64,000 bases of DNA from an uncultured delta proteobacterium (GCA_963814585.1 CAWFDF010000004.1:256001-320000); one strand, 5' to 3'. Shown: positions 53,314-62,394, numbered from the stretch's first letter. The notes: generated by a model not told the origin, from the sequence alone. Numbers and translations are program-made.

Positions 53314-53523
53314 GCCCACCGAGGTCCGAGGAGGATGCGCCCCGGGACCATCGGCGAGGACGTCTCGCTCCACCGGAGGTCCGCCGGGCTGAACGCGGCG
53401 CGCCACCTCCTCGGCGAGGCCGGCCTCGACCTCGTCGAGGAGCGGCCCGGGGACACCTGGGGGACTCGCGCCAGCCGGCGACGTTTCGAGCCTCGCTTCG
53501 GGGAGGGGCACTAAGATGGCCGG

Positions 53524-54348
53524 GTGAGCCCACGGGTCGTCGTCACCCTGACCGCCGCCGACCTCGAGCGCGAGCGGCCCAACCTCGAGCGTGGCTCGGT
53601 CGTCGGCGCGGGCGTGGCCGGCCTCGAGCGGGGCGCCTTCTGCGACGTCGAGCTGGTCTTCCCGACCGGCGCGCGGATGACGGTGCCGGCCCGCGCCGTC
53701 CTCACCTCCGAGGCCAGCACCGTCTTCGCCTTCGACGCCTTCGATCGCGAGGCGCTCGGGCGTCACCTCGCCGCCTCGGCACCGGCCGCCGCGCCCACGC
53801 CCACGTCCACGCCCACGTCCACGCCCACGTCCACGCCCACGTCCACGTCCACGCCCACGCCGCCCACGTCCACGCCCACGTCCACGCCCACGTCCACGCC
53901 CACGGCCGCCCCGATCGACGAGGATGTGGCGCCGGAGGACGCCCCCCCGGCGAGCGTCCAGGAACGGCTCCGCGGCCTCCCGGTCACGGAGCAGCTGCGC
54001 GTCGCCCGCGACGGCAGCATCACCGAGCGCATCGTCCTCGAGCGGCTCTACGGCAAGGTGGTCTGGGAGGCCCTGCTCCGGAACACGCGCATCACCGTCC
54101 CCGAGGTCTCGCGCCTCGCCAAGATGGGCACCCTGCCCCGCCCGCTCCTCGAGCTCATCCTCGGGAACCCCGCCTGGCTGCAGGTCCCCCAGATCCGCCG
54201 CGCCCTCCTCGCCAACCCCCGCCTCTCCCAGGACATGGTCCACAAGGTGCTCCAGCTCCTCTCCCGCGACGAGCTGCAGCTGGTGCCCCAGGTCACCGCC
54301 TATCCCGGGGCGGTGCGGATGGCGGCGAAGGGGATGCTGCGGAGGTAG
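53524..54348 (+). CDS. Hypothetical protein: N-terminal beta domain, Pro/Thr/Ser linker, helical-repeat C-terminal domain
   Basis: Host-like codon bias; C-terminus has LLRNTRIT and RRALLANPR repeats of the leucine-rich-variant type. Confidence 0.7.
   Translation: MSPRVVVTLTAADLERERPNLERGSVVGAGVAGLERGAFCDVELVFPTGARMTVPARAVLTSEASTVFAFDAFDREALGRHLAASAPAAAPTPTSTPTSTPTSTPTSTSTPTPPTSTPTSTPTSTPTAAPIDEDVAPEDAPPASVQERLRGLPVTEQLRVARDGSITERIVLERLYGKVVWEALLRNTRITVPEVSRLAKMGTLPRPLLELILGNPAWLQVPQIRRALLANPRLSQDMVHKVLQLLSRDELQLVPQVTAYPGAVRMAAKGMLRR
53794..53904 (+). repeat. 12-bp coding tandem repeat (CCCACGTCCACG)n encoding PTST
   Basis: About 9 imperfect units, with internal 6-bp and 9-bp variants. Confidence 0.9.
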
Positions 54349-54456
54349 CGCTGGGCGCCTCCCGGTCGCCGCCCCTCCGCCCGGGCAGGTCCTGCGCCAC
54401 CACCCCCTCATCGAATCCGAGGCGCCCCGGCCGCCGTCCGCATAGACTCCCCCCCC

Positions 54457-55755
54457 ATGAAGAACTGGGAGAAGAACCAGGAAGTCCAGAAGCGGGCGCA
54501 GCGCGTGCTGCCGCTCGGCGTGAACTCCAACTTCCGCCACTGGGGCGAGGGGCTCACGCCCTACGTGAAGCGGGCCAAGGGCGCCCACCTCTGGGACGTC
54601 GGCGGCAACGAGTTCATCGACTACCGGCTGGCGTTCGGGCCCATCATCCTGGGCCACGCCTTCGACGCCGTGGACCAGAAGGTCATCGAGGAGGTCCGCC
54701 ACGGCGTCCTCTTCGCCATGACCGGCGAGCTGGAGATCGACGTCGCCGAGATGATCGTGGAGATGTGCCCGGGCGTGGAAATGGTGCGCATGGCCTGCTC
54801 CGGCACCGAGGCCACCATGCACGCCATTCGCGTGGCGAGGGCCTACACCGGGCGCGAGCTGCTCCTCAAGTTCGAGGGCAACTACCACGGCTTCCACGAC
54901 CACGCCCTCTGGAGCACCTACGCGCCCGCCGACGCCTACGGCAGCCGCCGCAGCCCCATCCCCATCGCCGCCTCCTCGGGCATCCCGCGCGTCCTCGGCG
55001 AGAAGATCATCACCCTGCCCTTCAACGACTTCGAGGGCTTCGAGCGGGTGATGCGCTCCTTCGGCGACCAGATCGCGGCGGTCATCAGCGAGCCCTGCCA
55101 GGGCAACTGCGGGGCCATCATGCCCCAGCCCGGCTTCCTGGAGCTGATCCGGAAGCGGACCACCGAGCACGGCGCGCTCTTCATCCTCGACGAGGTGAAG
55201 ACCGGCTTCCGCATCGCCAACGGCGGCGCGCAGGAACTCTACGGCCTACGGCCCGATCTCGCCACCTACGCCAAGGCGCTCGGCAACGGTTACCCGGTGG
55301 CAGCGCTCGGCGGCACCCGCGAGGTCATGAGCATCATCGGCCAGGGCGTCTCGCAGGGCGGGACCTACACCAACAACAAGGCGGGCATCGCCGGAGCCTG
55401 GGCCACCCTGAAGATCCTCCGGGCCGAGCCGGTCATCGAGACCATCACCCGGCGCGGCACCCGGCTCATGCAGGGGCTCCAGCGGATCTTCGCCGAGAAC
55501 GGCGAGCAGGTCGTGATGAGCGGCTACCCGGGGATGTTCTCCTTCGCCCTCGGCGTCGACGCGGTCACCTGCCAGCGCGACTGGGCGAGGAGCGACCGGG
55601 AGCGGCTGCTCCGGCTCGCCGAGGCCGCCATGGAGCGCGGGGTCATGCCCGACTACGACCCCCGCGAGCCCTGGTTCCTCAGCTACTCGCACAGCGAGGC
55701 CGACATCGACCGGACGCTCGAGGTCTACGCCGAGATCGTGAAGCGGGTGAAGTAG
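54457..55755 (+). CDS. Class III aminotransferase, glutamate-1-semialdehyde aminomutase (HemL)-like paralogue
   Basis: PLGVNSNFR, IDYRLAFGPIILGH, CSGTEATMHAIRVARAYTGR, KFEGNYHG, DEVKTGFR, YAKALGNGYP, GGTY; differs from authentic HemL at several signature positions. Confidence 0.85.
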   Translation: MKNWEKNQEVQKRAQRVLPLGVNSNFRHWGEGLTPYVKRAKGAHLWDVGGNEFIDYRLAFGPIILGHAFDAVDQKVIEEVRHGVLFAMTGELEIDVAEMIVEMCPGVEMVRMACSGTEATMHAIRVARAYTGRELLLKFEGNYHGFHDHALWSTYAPADAYGSRRSPIPIAASSGIPRVLGEKIITLPFNDFEGFERVMRSFGDQIAAVISEPCQGNCGAIMPQPGFLELIRKRTTEHGALFILDEVKTGFRIANGGAQELYGLRPDLATYAKALGNGYPVAALGGTREVMSIIGQGVSQGGTYTNNKAGIAGAWATLKILRAEPVIETITRRGTRLMQGLQRIFAENGEQVVMSGYPGMFSFALGVDAVTCQRDWARSDRERLLRLAEAAMERGVMPDYDPREPWFLSYSHSEADIDRTLEVYAEIVKRVK

Positions 55756-55872
55756 CGGCGCGAGCGCGAGCGGCCCGTACCCCGTCGAACGGCCCGCTGC
55801 GGCCGCTCCGGGGGCCGCGCAGTCATCCCTCTGACGGGGGGCTACGCGGGGCTCCAGCGCATCGCCGGAGCC

Positions 55873-55905
55873 ATGCGATCGTGCATGGCCAGGGCAGCCC
55901 CGCAT
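55873..55905. promoter_or_regulatory. Tandem candidate enhancer sites ATGC-N6-GCAT (55873-55886) and GGGC-N6-GCAT (55892-55905)
   Basis: ccATGCGATCGTGCAT followed 19 bp later by GGGCAGCCCCGCAT; same architecture as 7670-7703. Confidence 0.72.
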
Positions 55906-56004
55906 GACTCGAAAGAGTCAGCGGTCGGGCCAGAACGACGCAACACGTTGAAGTTCCACATACCCGATTGGGGTCAGGCCTGCCTCTTCCGGTCGAATGA
56001 CTCG

Positions 56005-56020
56005 TGGCACGTCTGGTGCT
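56005..56020 (+). promoter_or_regulatory. Sigma-54 (-24/-12) promoter of the aminotransferase-GNAT/ALDH/saccharopine dehydrogenase operon
   Basis: TGGCACGTCTGGTGCT with exact GG-N10-GC spacing, 132 bp downstream of the dyad. Confidence 0.82.
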
Positions 56021-56087
56021 CTTATATGGCCACATCGTTCGGGTTTTTGGAAACCCGGGCCCCACCCGAATCAAACCCAGGCACCAC

Positions 56088-58403
56088 ATGGAACTCTCAA
56101 TCCAGCTCCCCGAGCGGACCGAGCCCGCCCGGCGGGACGCGAACCCGGCTACCGCCGTGACCAAGCTCGACCCCCTCGTCGCCGCCCAGGCCGAGGCAAC
56201 CCGGTACCTCAAGCGGATCGTCGCCCTCCAGGCCCGCTACCGGGCCGGCGACATCCACGTCAACGTGCCACCCCGCTTCGCCGATCCCGAGACCCTGCTC
56301 GAGAAGGCCGTGGCCCGCGACCTGCCGGCCAGCCAGGCGGCCCTCGACGCCGCCGGCAACGGCCTCTTCAGCTCCCTCCCGGTCGCCTTCGACCCGGCCG
56401 AGAGCGTGGGGCCCTACCTGGCCACCGTCGACCGCGACGCCTCTGGCGAGCCCTACCGCTTCATGGACCTCGGGGCGCTCATCGCCACCCAGCCGTTCGG
56501 CGAGAACGACACCGAGGTGGTGGCCAGCGTGCTGCGCGGCCTCCCCTTCGTGGCGTCGCGCTACGCCCACTCCGAGTACCAGACCACCCTGTCGCTCAAG
56601 GTCAAGGCGGCGCTGGGCAAGATCGCCCCGGCCGGGACGCCACGCTTCTTCATGGTCAACACCGGCGCCGAGGCGGTCGAGAACGCCATCAAGGCCGTCC
56701 TCCTCAACCGGGTCAAGATGAGCCCGGCCGACCCCGGCCAGCCCGAGGCGGCGGCCGACAAGCAGGGCTTCTTCATCGTCCCCTTCGAGGGGGCCTTCCA
56801 CGGCCGCACCCTCGGGAGCCTCGCCGCCACGCACAAGCGCAAGGCGCGCCTCGGCTTCCCCACCTTCGACTGGCCGCACGCCCTCTTTCCGGTGGAGGAC
56901 CCGCGCTCCAAGTGGCGGACGCAGCGGCGCGACGAGAAGAGCCTCGAGCAGGTCTGGACGCTGCTGGTGACCGGCCGGGTCACCGGCGCGCCGCGGCCGC
57001 TCGAGCAGTTCCGCCGCCAGCTCAAGGCCTGCGACGAGCTCCTGGCCCGCCTCCCCGCCGACCGCTCGGCCTGGCCGGCCATGGTCCAGCAGTTCGTGGA
57101 GCTGCAGCGGGCGCTCATCGATCCCGCCGTGATCAAGCGCGCCCAGCGCGTCGCCGGCGTCCTCGTCGAGCCCATCCAGTGCGAGGGCGGCCTCAAGTTC
57201 GCCTCCTCCAGCTTCTTCCAGCGCCTCCGGCTGCTGACCCGCATCTACGACGTGCCGCTCATGTTCGACGAGGTCCAGACCGGGTGGGGCGCCACCGGGA
57301 AGCTCTGGGCCCACGATCTCTTCGACCTGCCCTGCCCGCCCGACGTGGTGATCTGGGCCAAGAAGGCGCAGAACGGCGTCCTCTTCGTCAGCGAGGACCT
57401 GGCCACGTTCTTCCAGGAGGAGAAGAAGTTCAACACCACCTGGGAGGGCGACTCGGTCGGCATGCTCCGGCTCCTCGGCTACCTCGAACGGCTCGACCTC
57501 GAGCAGGTGCGCCGCACCGGCGCGCTGGCCCGCGAGGGGCTGGATCAGCTGGCCAAGGACTACAAGGACCTGCTCCAGAACGTCCGCGGCCAGGGCTGCA
57601 TGCTCGCCATCGACGTGGTCCGCGCCGACTGGCGCGAGTGGCTGCGGGAGCGCGCCTTCCGCAACGGCCTGATCCTGCTGCCGGCCGGCGATCGATCGCT
57701 GCGCTTCTACCCGCGGTACGACATGGAGCCGTCGGCCATCCTGGAGGCGCTGGCCATCCTGCGGCACTCGGTGACCGACCTGGTCGGCGCGCCGGCCCCG
57801 GCCAGCGTGGCGGACGGCCCCGAGGTGCGCCCCGGCGCCATCGACGTCCCGCCCGGGACGCTCGAGATCGTCGACCTGAACGGCCCGGCCACCAAGCAGC
57901 TCATGCCGCAGGTGCACGAGCTCGAGGACGAGCAGTATGGCTCCACCGACGGCCGCCGGCCGCTCCTCCAGTACCCGGCGGAGACCCTGGAGGCGACGCT
58001 CGGCCACCTGCGCGCCGTCGGCGTCGGGCTGCGCGACCGGGTCTCCGGCCGGCTCGTCGCCTACGCCATCGGCAGCCCGCTCGAGAACCACGACGAGCTC
58101 GGCGTCCGCGACGACCCCAACTACGGCGACAACAACGCCATCTACCTCCAGGCCGTGGCCATCTCGCCGCAGCTCAAGAACCAGGCCGAGGTGGAGGGGC
58201 TGATCCTCGACGCCTTCCGGGCCCGGGCCGAGTGGCTGGGCTTCGTCTCGCTCTCCTCGCTCATCGAGTCCCGCGTGGTCCAGGCCGGCCCGGCCTGGCT
58301 GAAGGCGGCCACGGTGGTCGAGACCATCGAGAACTACATGCAGAGCGGAGTCCAGTTCGTCTACCTGCGGTCGTCCCTCGAGACGCCGCCCACGGAGGGA
58401 TGA
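56088..58403 (+). CDS. Lat/GABA-T-like class III aminotransferase fused to a C-terminal GNAT-like domain (~771 aa)
   Basis: VNTGAEAVENAIK, FEGAFHGRTLGSL, FPTFDWP, VEPIQCEGG, FDEVQTG, WAKKAQ, NTTWEGD, SLRFYP; then GRLVAYAIGSPLE..IYLQAVAISP. Start moved to ATG 56088 because GTG 56004 overlaps the promoter. Confidence 0.82.
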   Translation: MELSIQLPERTEPARRDANPATAVTKLDPLVAAQAEATRYLKRIVALQARYRAGDIHVNVPPRFADPETLLEKAVARDLPASQAALDAAGNGLFSSLPVAFDPAESVGPYLATVDRDASGEPYRFMDLGALIATQPFGENDTEVVASVLRGLPFVASRYAHSEYQTTLSLKVKAALGKIAPAGTPRFFMVNTGAEAVENAIKAVLLNRVKMSPADPGQPEAAADKQGFFIVPFEGAFHGRTLGSLAATHKRKARLGFPTFDWPHALFPVEDPRSKWRTQRRDEKSLEQVWTLLVTGRVTGAPRPLEQFRRQLKACDELLARLPADRSAWPAMVQQFVELQRALIDPAVIKRAQRVAGVLVEPIQCEGGLKFASSSFFQRLRLLTRIYDVPLMFDEVQTGWGATGKLWAHDLFDLPCPPDVVIWAKKAQNGVLFVSEDLATFFQEEKKFNTTWEGDSVGMLRLLGYLERLDLEQVRRTGALAREGLDQLAKDYKDLLQNVRGQGCMLAIDVVRADWREWLRERAFRNGLILLPAGDRSLRFYPRYDMEPSAILEALAILRHSVTDLVGAPAPASVADGPEVRPGAIDVPPGTLEIVDLNGPATKQLMPQVHELEDEQYGSTDGRRPLLQYPAETLEATLGHLRAVGVGLRDRVSGRLVAYAIGSPLENHDELGVRDDPNYGDNNAIYLQAVAISPQLKNQAEVEGLILDAFRARAEWLGFVSLSSLIESRVVQAGPAWLKAATVVETIENYMQSGVQFVYLRSSLETPPTEG

Positions 58404-58406
58404 GGC

Positions 58407-59891
58407 ATGCCCCGCAACGACGAGCCGGCCCCGATCCTCATCGGCGGCCAGTGGGAGGCCGCGCGCGCCAGGGCGACGCGGGAGATCCGGAACCCGGCCA
58501 CCGGCGACCTGGTCGGGGTGGCGGCGGACTGCGGCGCGGAGGACGTCGACCGCGCGGTCCGCGCCGCCCGCCAGGCCCAGGCGGCCTGGGGGAAGGTCCC
58601 GGGGGTGGAGAAGGCCATCACGCTCCGCAAGGTCGGCGAGGCCATCCGCCACATGGGGAAGGACCTCGCCACGCTCATGACCCGCGAGACCGGCAAGCCG
58701 CTCATCGAGTCGATGGACTGCGTCGAGTGGGTGGCGGCCTGCTTCGAGTACTACGCCGAGGTGGGCCGGGCCAGCCGGGGCAACTCGATCCCGCCGGTGG
58801 CGCCGCACCAGCTCAACTTCACCATCAAGGAGCCCTACGGCGTGGTGGCGGCCATCGTGCCGTTCAACTTCCCGCTGCTGCTCATGGCGTGGAAGGTGGC
58901 GCCGGCGCTGGCCGCCGGCAACACGGTGGTGTGCAAGCCGCCGCACCAGAACCCGCTCTCCAGCCTGATGATGGCCAGGGCCTTCGAGCTGCTGCCGCCG
59001 GGCGTGGTCAACGTGGTCACCGGCGACGGCCGGGGCGCCGGCGAGGCGCTGCTCCAGCACCCCGGCGTGGACCTCGTCGCCTTCACCGGCTCCACCGAGG
59101 TGGGCCGGCACATCGCCGCCGAGGCGGGCCGGCAGCTGAAGAAGGTCAACCTCGAGCTGGGCGGCATCGACCCGTTCATCGTCTTCGCCGACGCCGACCT
59201 CGACGTCGCGGTGAAGGCGGTGGCCTGGGCGCGGCTCCTCAACGCCGGCCAGGTCTGCACCTCCTCCAAGCGGATCTACCTGGTAAAGGAGATCGCCCGG
59301 GAGTTCACGGCCCGGCTCGTCGAGTACGTGAAGACGCTCCGGGTGGGCGATCCCATGCAGGGGGACACCGACGTCGGCCCGCTCATCAGCGCCGACGCGG
59401 TGCGGAAGGTCGCCGGCCAGGTGCAGCGGTCGATGAGCGAGGGGGCGAGGCTCCTCCTCGGCGGGAGGCCCATGCCGGGCCCTGGCCACTTCTTCGCCCC
59501 CACCATCCTCGCCGACGTCCTCCACGGCAGCCTGCCGACCACCGAGGAGATCTTCGGCCCGGTGATCTCGCTCATCGTGGCCGATGACGCCGAGGCGGCC
59601 ATCCGCATGGCCAACGACTCCAGCTACGGCCTCGGCGCCATCGTCTACACCAGGAGCCTCGAGCTGGCCCTGCACGCCATGGACAGCATCAAGGCCGGGA
59701 CCTTCTGGGTGAACGACCCGCTCACCGACAACGACGCCGGCCCCTTCGGCGGCATGCGCTGGAGCGGGATGGGGCGCGAGCTCGGCGAGGAGGGGCTCGA
59801 CGCCTTCCGCGAGGCCAAGCACGTGCACATCGACTACGTCCAGGAGGTGAAGCCCTTCTGGTTCCCCAACAAGAACCGGGAGGTCACGTGA
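58407..59891 (+). CDS. NAD-dependent aldehyde dehydrogenase (aminoaldehyde/betaine aldehyde-like)
   Basis: IVPFNFPLLLMAWKVAPALAAGN, FTGSTEVG, LELGG, NAGQVCTS, EEIFGPV, PFGG. Confidence 0.92.
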   Translation: MPRNDEPAPILIGGQWEAARARATREIRNPATGDLVGVAADCGAEDVDRAVRAARQAQAAWGKVPGVEKAITLRKVGEAIRHMGKDLATLMTRETGKPLIESMDCVEWVAACFEYYAEVGRASRGNSIPPVAPHQLNFTIKEPYGVVAAIVPFNFPLLLMAWKVAPALAAGNTVVCKPPHQNPLSSLMMARAFELLPPGVVNVVTGDGRGAGEALLQHPGVDLVAFTGSTEVGRHIAAEAGRQLKKVNLELGGIDPFIVFADADLDVAVKAVAWARLLNAGQVCTSSKRIYLVKEIAREFTARLVEYVKTLRVGDPMQGDTDVGPLISADAVRKVAGQVQRSMSEGARLLLGGRPMPGPGHFFAPTILADVLHGSLPTTEEIFGPVISLIVADDAEAAIRMANDSSYGLGAIVYTRSLELALHAMDSIKAGTFWVNDPLTDNDAGPFGGMRWSGMGRELGEEGLDAFREAKHVHIDYVQEVKPFWFPNKNREVT

Positions 59892-61120
59892 GCCAGCGAG
59901 AGCCCGCCGGGAGCACCCCTCGCACCTTCGCCGTCGTCGGCGGCGCCGGCGCCATGGGCCGGATCACCGTCCGCGACCTGGTGGAGACCTGCGCCCTCAC
60001 CGACGAGGTCCTGATCGCCGACTACGATCTCGAGAAGGCCGCCGCGCTGGCGGCCTCCTTCCAGGGTGGCCCGTACCCCCGGGTGCGTGCGGTCCGGATC
60101 GACGTCACCGACCACGCCGCGGCGGCCCGGGCGCTGGCCGGCGCCTTCGTGGTCGTGAACGCGGTCCAGTACCAGCTCAACCTCGACGTGATGGAGGGGG
60201 CGCTCGCGGCCGGGGCCCACTACGTGGACATGGGCGGCCTCTTCCACGTGACCCGCCGGCAGCTGGAGCTCGACGGCCGGTTCCAGGCCGCTGGCCTGAC
60301 CGCCGTCCTGGGCATGGGCGCGGCGCCGGGGATCGCCAACCTGCTGGCGCGCCACGGCGCCGAGCGGCTCGACGAGGTCCGCGAGATCCACCTCCGCGTG
60401 GGCGGGATGGACGAGACCCGCTACGACGGGGTCCCGGCCCTGGCCGTCTCCTACTCGCTCAAGACCATCCTCGAGGAGTTCTCGATGGAGCCGGCCGTCT
60501 TCACGAAGGGCCAGTTCACCTTCGTGGAGCCCATGTCGGGAGCGACGCCGCATCGCTTCCCGCCACCGGTCGGCCTGCGGCGCCCGATGTTCACCATCCA
60601 CTCCGAGGTGGCGACGCTCCCGCTCACCTACAAGGAGCGTGGGGTGCAGGAGGTGAGCTTCAAGATCGCCTTCGACCCAGAGTTCGTCGACCGGGTCCGG
60701 TTCCTGCGCGACCTCGGCATGGCCTCCCACGACCCCATCGACGTGGCCGGCGTGAAGGTGAGGCCCATCGACGTGGTGAACAAGGTGGCGATGAGCCAGC
60801 GGCCGGCGAGGCAGGTCGGCAAGCTCAAGCAGTACGAGGTGGTCCGCGCCATCGTGAAGGGCAGCAGCCGGGGCAAGAAGGTCACCTGGGTCGTCGATCT
60901 CCACACCCGCGGCATGCCCGAGTGGGGAATCGGCCTGGACATCGACACCGGCTCGCCTCCGGCCGTCGCCGCGCAGATGCTGGCGGCCGGGGAGATCACC
61001 GTGACCGGCGCGGTGCCGCCCGAGGTGGCGGTGCCCTGCGAGCCGTTCTTCGGGCGGCTGAAGCGCCGGAAGATGCGGGTCGTGGCCACGCGAAAGGCCG
61101 GCTGGAGCTTCGCGACCTGA
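59888..61120 (+). CDS. Saccharopine dehydrogenase / carboxyspermidine dehydrogenase-like oxidoreductase
   Basis: VVGGAGAMG, HYVDMGGL, LGMGAAPGIANL, SYSLKTILEEF, IHSEVATLP, TGSPPAVAAQML..GAVPPE; GTGA overlap with the ALDH gene. Confidence 0.85.
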   Translation: MSQREPAGSTPRTFAVVGGAGAMGRITVRDLVETCALTDEVLIADYDLEKAAALAASFQGGPYPRVRAVRIDVTDHAAAARALAGAFVVVNAVQYQLNLDVMEGALAAGAHYVDMGGLFHVTRRQLELDGRFQAAGLTAVLGMGAAPGIANLLARHGAERLDEVREIHLRVGGMDETRYDGVPALAVSYSLKTILEEFSMEPAVFTKGQFTFVEPMSGATPHRFPPPVGLRRPMFTIHSEVATLPLTYKERGVQEVSFKIAFDPEFVDRVRFLRDLGMASHDPIDVAGVKVRPIDVVNKVAMSQRPARQVGKLKQYEVVRAIVKGSSRGKKVTWVVDLHTRGMPEWGIGLDIDTGSPPAVAAQMLAAGEITVTGAVPPEVAVPCEPFFGRLKRRKMRVVATRKAGWSFAT

Positions 61121-61222
61121 TCCGCCGGCGGCCGGTGGGCGTCGCGGGCCTCCCTTGCCGATCGCGGGCCGCCGGCCCCGGGCCGGGCGCCCCCCGAACG
61201 CCACCCGGCCGCGCGGGCGTGC

Positions 61223-61594
61223 TCAGCGGGACGCCAGCTGCTGCTCGCACTCCGCCTTCAGCTGGAGCCGGCGGAGCTTCCGCCTCGCGTCGCGGGGGGC
61301 CAGGGCGTCGTACTCCTTGCCGTGGAGGCGCTGCTCGATGCACGCAGCGACGTCCGGATCGGTCTTCTCCACGACTCGCGGGGGCTTGGGGGGAAGGAAG
61401 TCGTTGACGACGGGAGCGGGGCTGGCCCTGGTCGTGGCCGGACCCGGCCCGCCCGGGCCCTGGGCCGGCGGCGGCGTGGCGCCGGGCTTCGTGCTGGACG
61501 GCTCGCCGCAGGCTGCCAGGAGCGCGGCGAGGAGCAGGGCGCCGCGCCGGCGCAGGATGGTGCCGCGATTCGGGGAGGTGGAAGCCTGGCTCAT
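61223..61594 (-). CDS. Small hypothetical lipoprotein
   Basis: MSQAST..RRRGALLLAALLAAC lipobox, Pro-rich linker, two further Cys; ATGA overlap with the upstream gene. Confidence 0.62.
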   Translation of the reverse strand: MSQASTSPNRGTILRRRGALLLAALLAACGEPSSTKPGATPPPAQGPGGPGPATTRASPAPVVNDFLPPKPPRVVEKTDPDVAACIEQRLHGKEYDALAPRDARRKLRRLQLKAECEQQLASR

Positions 61595-62394
61595 GGCAGC
61601 TCCTTGGCGGGCACGACGCAGGCGTCGCAGTTCGTTCCATGCTGGTTGCTCTCGTCGAGCCGGATGGGCGTCGGCCCTCCCTCCCGCACCTCGGTCCAGA
61701 GGAGCCACCCGGGCGTGGCCACGCTGTCGGCCGGGACCCGTTCGGTGAGCGCGACCAGCGCGTATCGCCCCGGGGCCAGCGGTGCCACGAAGCTCCCGGA
61801 CGCATCGGTCCGGATCGGCGGGACCACCGAGCTGAGCCCCTGGGCGAAGTAGCCGGCTTCCCGGAAGTGGCGGACCTCCCGCTGCAGCTCGTCGAAGGCC
61901 CGCTCCAGGTCGTCGGAGCGCCGGGCGGCCCGGGTGGCGCGGGCGTAGGCGGCCTTCTTGCGGGCGAACAGCTCCTGGTGGAGGGCGTTGACCTCCCCGG
62001 GGTCGCGCGGCCGCCGCAGCAGGACCTCGACCCGCCGGTACAGGTCGTTGTCGTTGGCCGCCTTCCAGGCCTGGCTGGTGGAGTCCGCCTCGGCCAGCGC
62101 GACCCGGGCCTCCTGGCGCGCCCGCTCGCGCGCCCGGGCGCTCCGGGCCAGCGCCGCGCGAGCCTCGCCGAGGCGGGCCGTGACGTGGTCGATCATGGTG
62201 GCCTCCGGGACGATCAGGACCTCGACGGCCGGCCGGGCGTCGCCGGCGCCGGGCGCCTCGATCGCCACCCGCCCCGTGAGGCCAGGGCCCCGAGGCGCCT
62301 CCACCGCGGCCCGCCCGGGCTCCGGAGGGGACGAGCAGGCGCACGAGGACGCGCCCAGCGCCACGAGGAGGCGAAGTGCCCCGCGGAGCCTCAC
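61591..62394 (-). CDS. Hypothetical exported (lipo)protein with coiled-coil insert
   Basis: C-terminal part of ORF 61591..63945; signal-like N-terminus with Cys, central coiled coil, TDASGSF..LAPGRYAL, terminal CDAC. Confidence 0.6.
   Translation of the reverse strand: MRLRGALRLLVALGASSCACSSPPEPGRAAVEAPRGPGLTGRVAIEAPGAGDARPAVEVLIVPEATMIDHVTARLGEARAALARSARARERARQEARVALAEADSTSQAWKAANDNDLYRRVEVLLRRPRDPGEVNALHQELFARKKAAYARATRAARRSDDLERAFDELQREVRHFREAGYFAQGLSSVVPPIRTDASGSFVAPLAPGRYALVALTERVPADSVATPGWLLWTEVREGGPTPIRLDESNQHGTNCDACVVPAKELP

Noticed and set aside
53794..53904. His-rich HVHA repeat protein or a CRISPR-like array
   Set aside because: HVHA is an alternative frame of the PTST repeat; units are 12 bp and contiguous, with no spacers and no cas genes.
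54457..55755. Authentic hemL
   Set aside because: Signature positions differ (GVNSNFR, DEVKTGFR, GGTYTNN) and no tetrapyrrole genes are nearby, so no gene symbol was assigned.
61610..61640. c-type heme motif in the 61591..62394 protein
   Set aside because: CDACV lacks the His of CxxCH.
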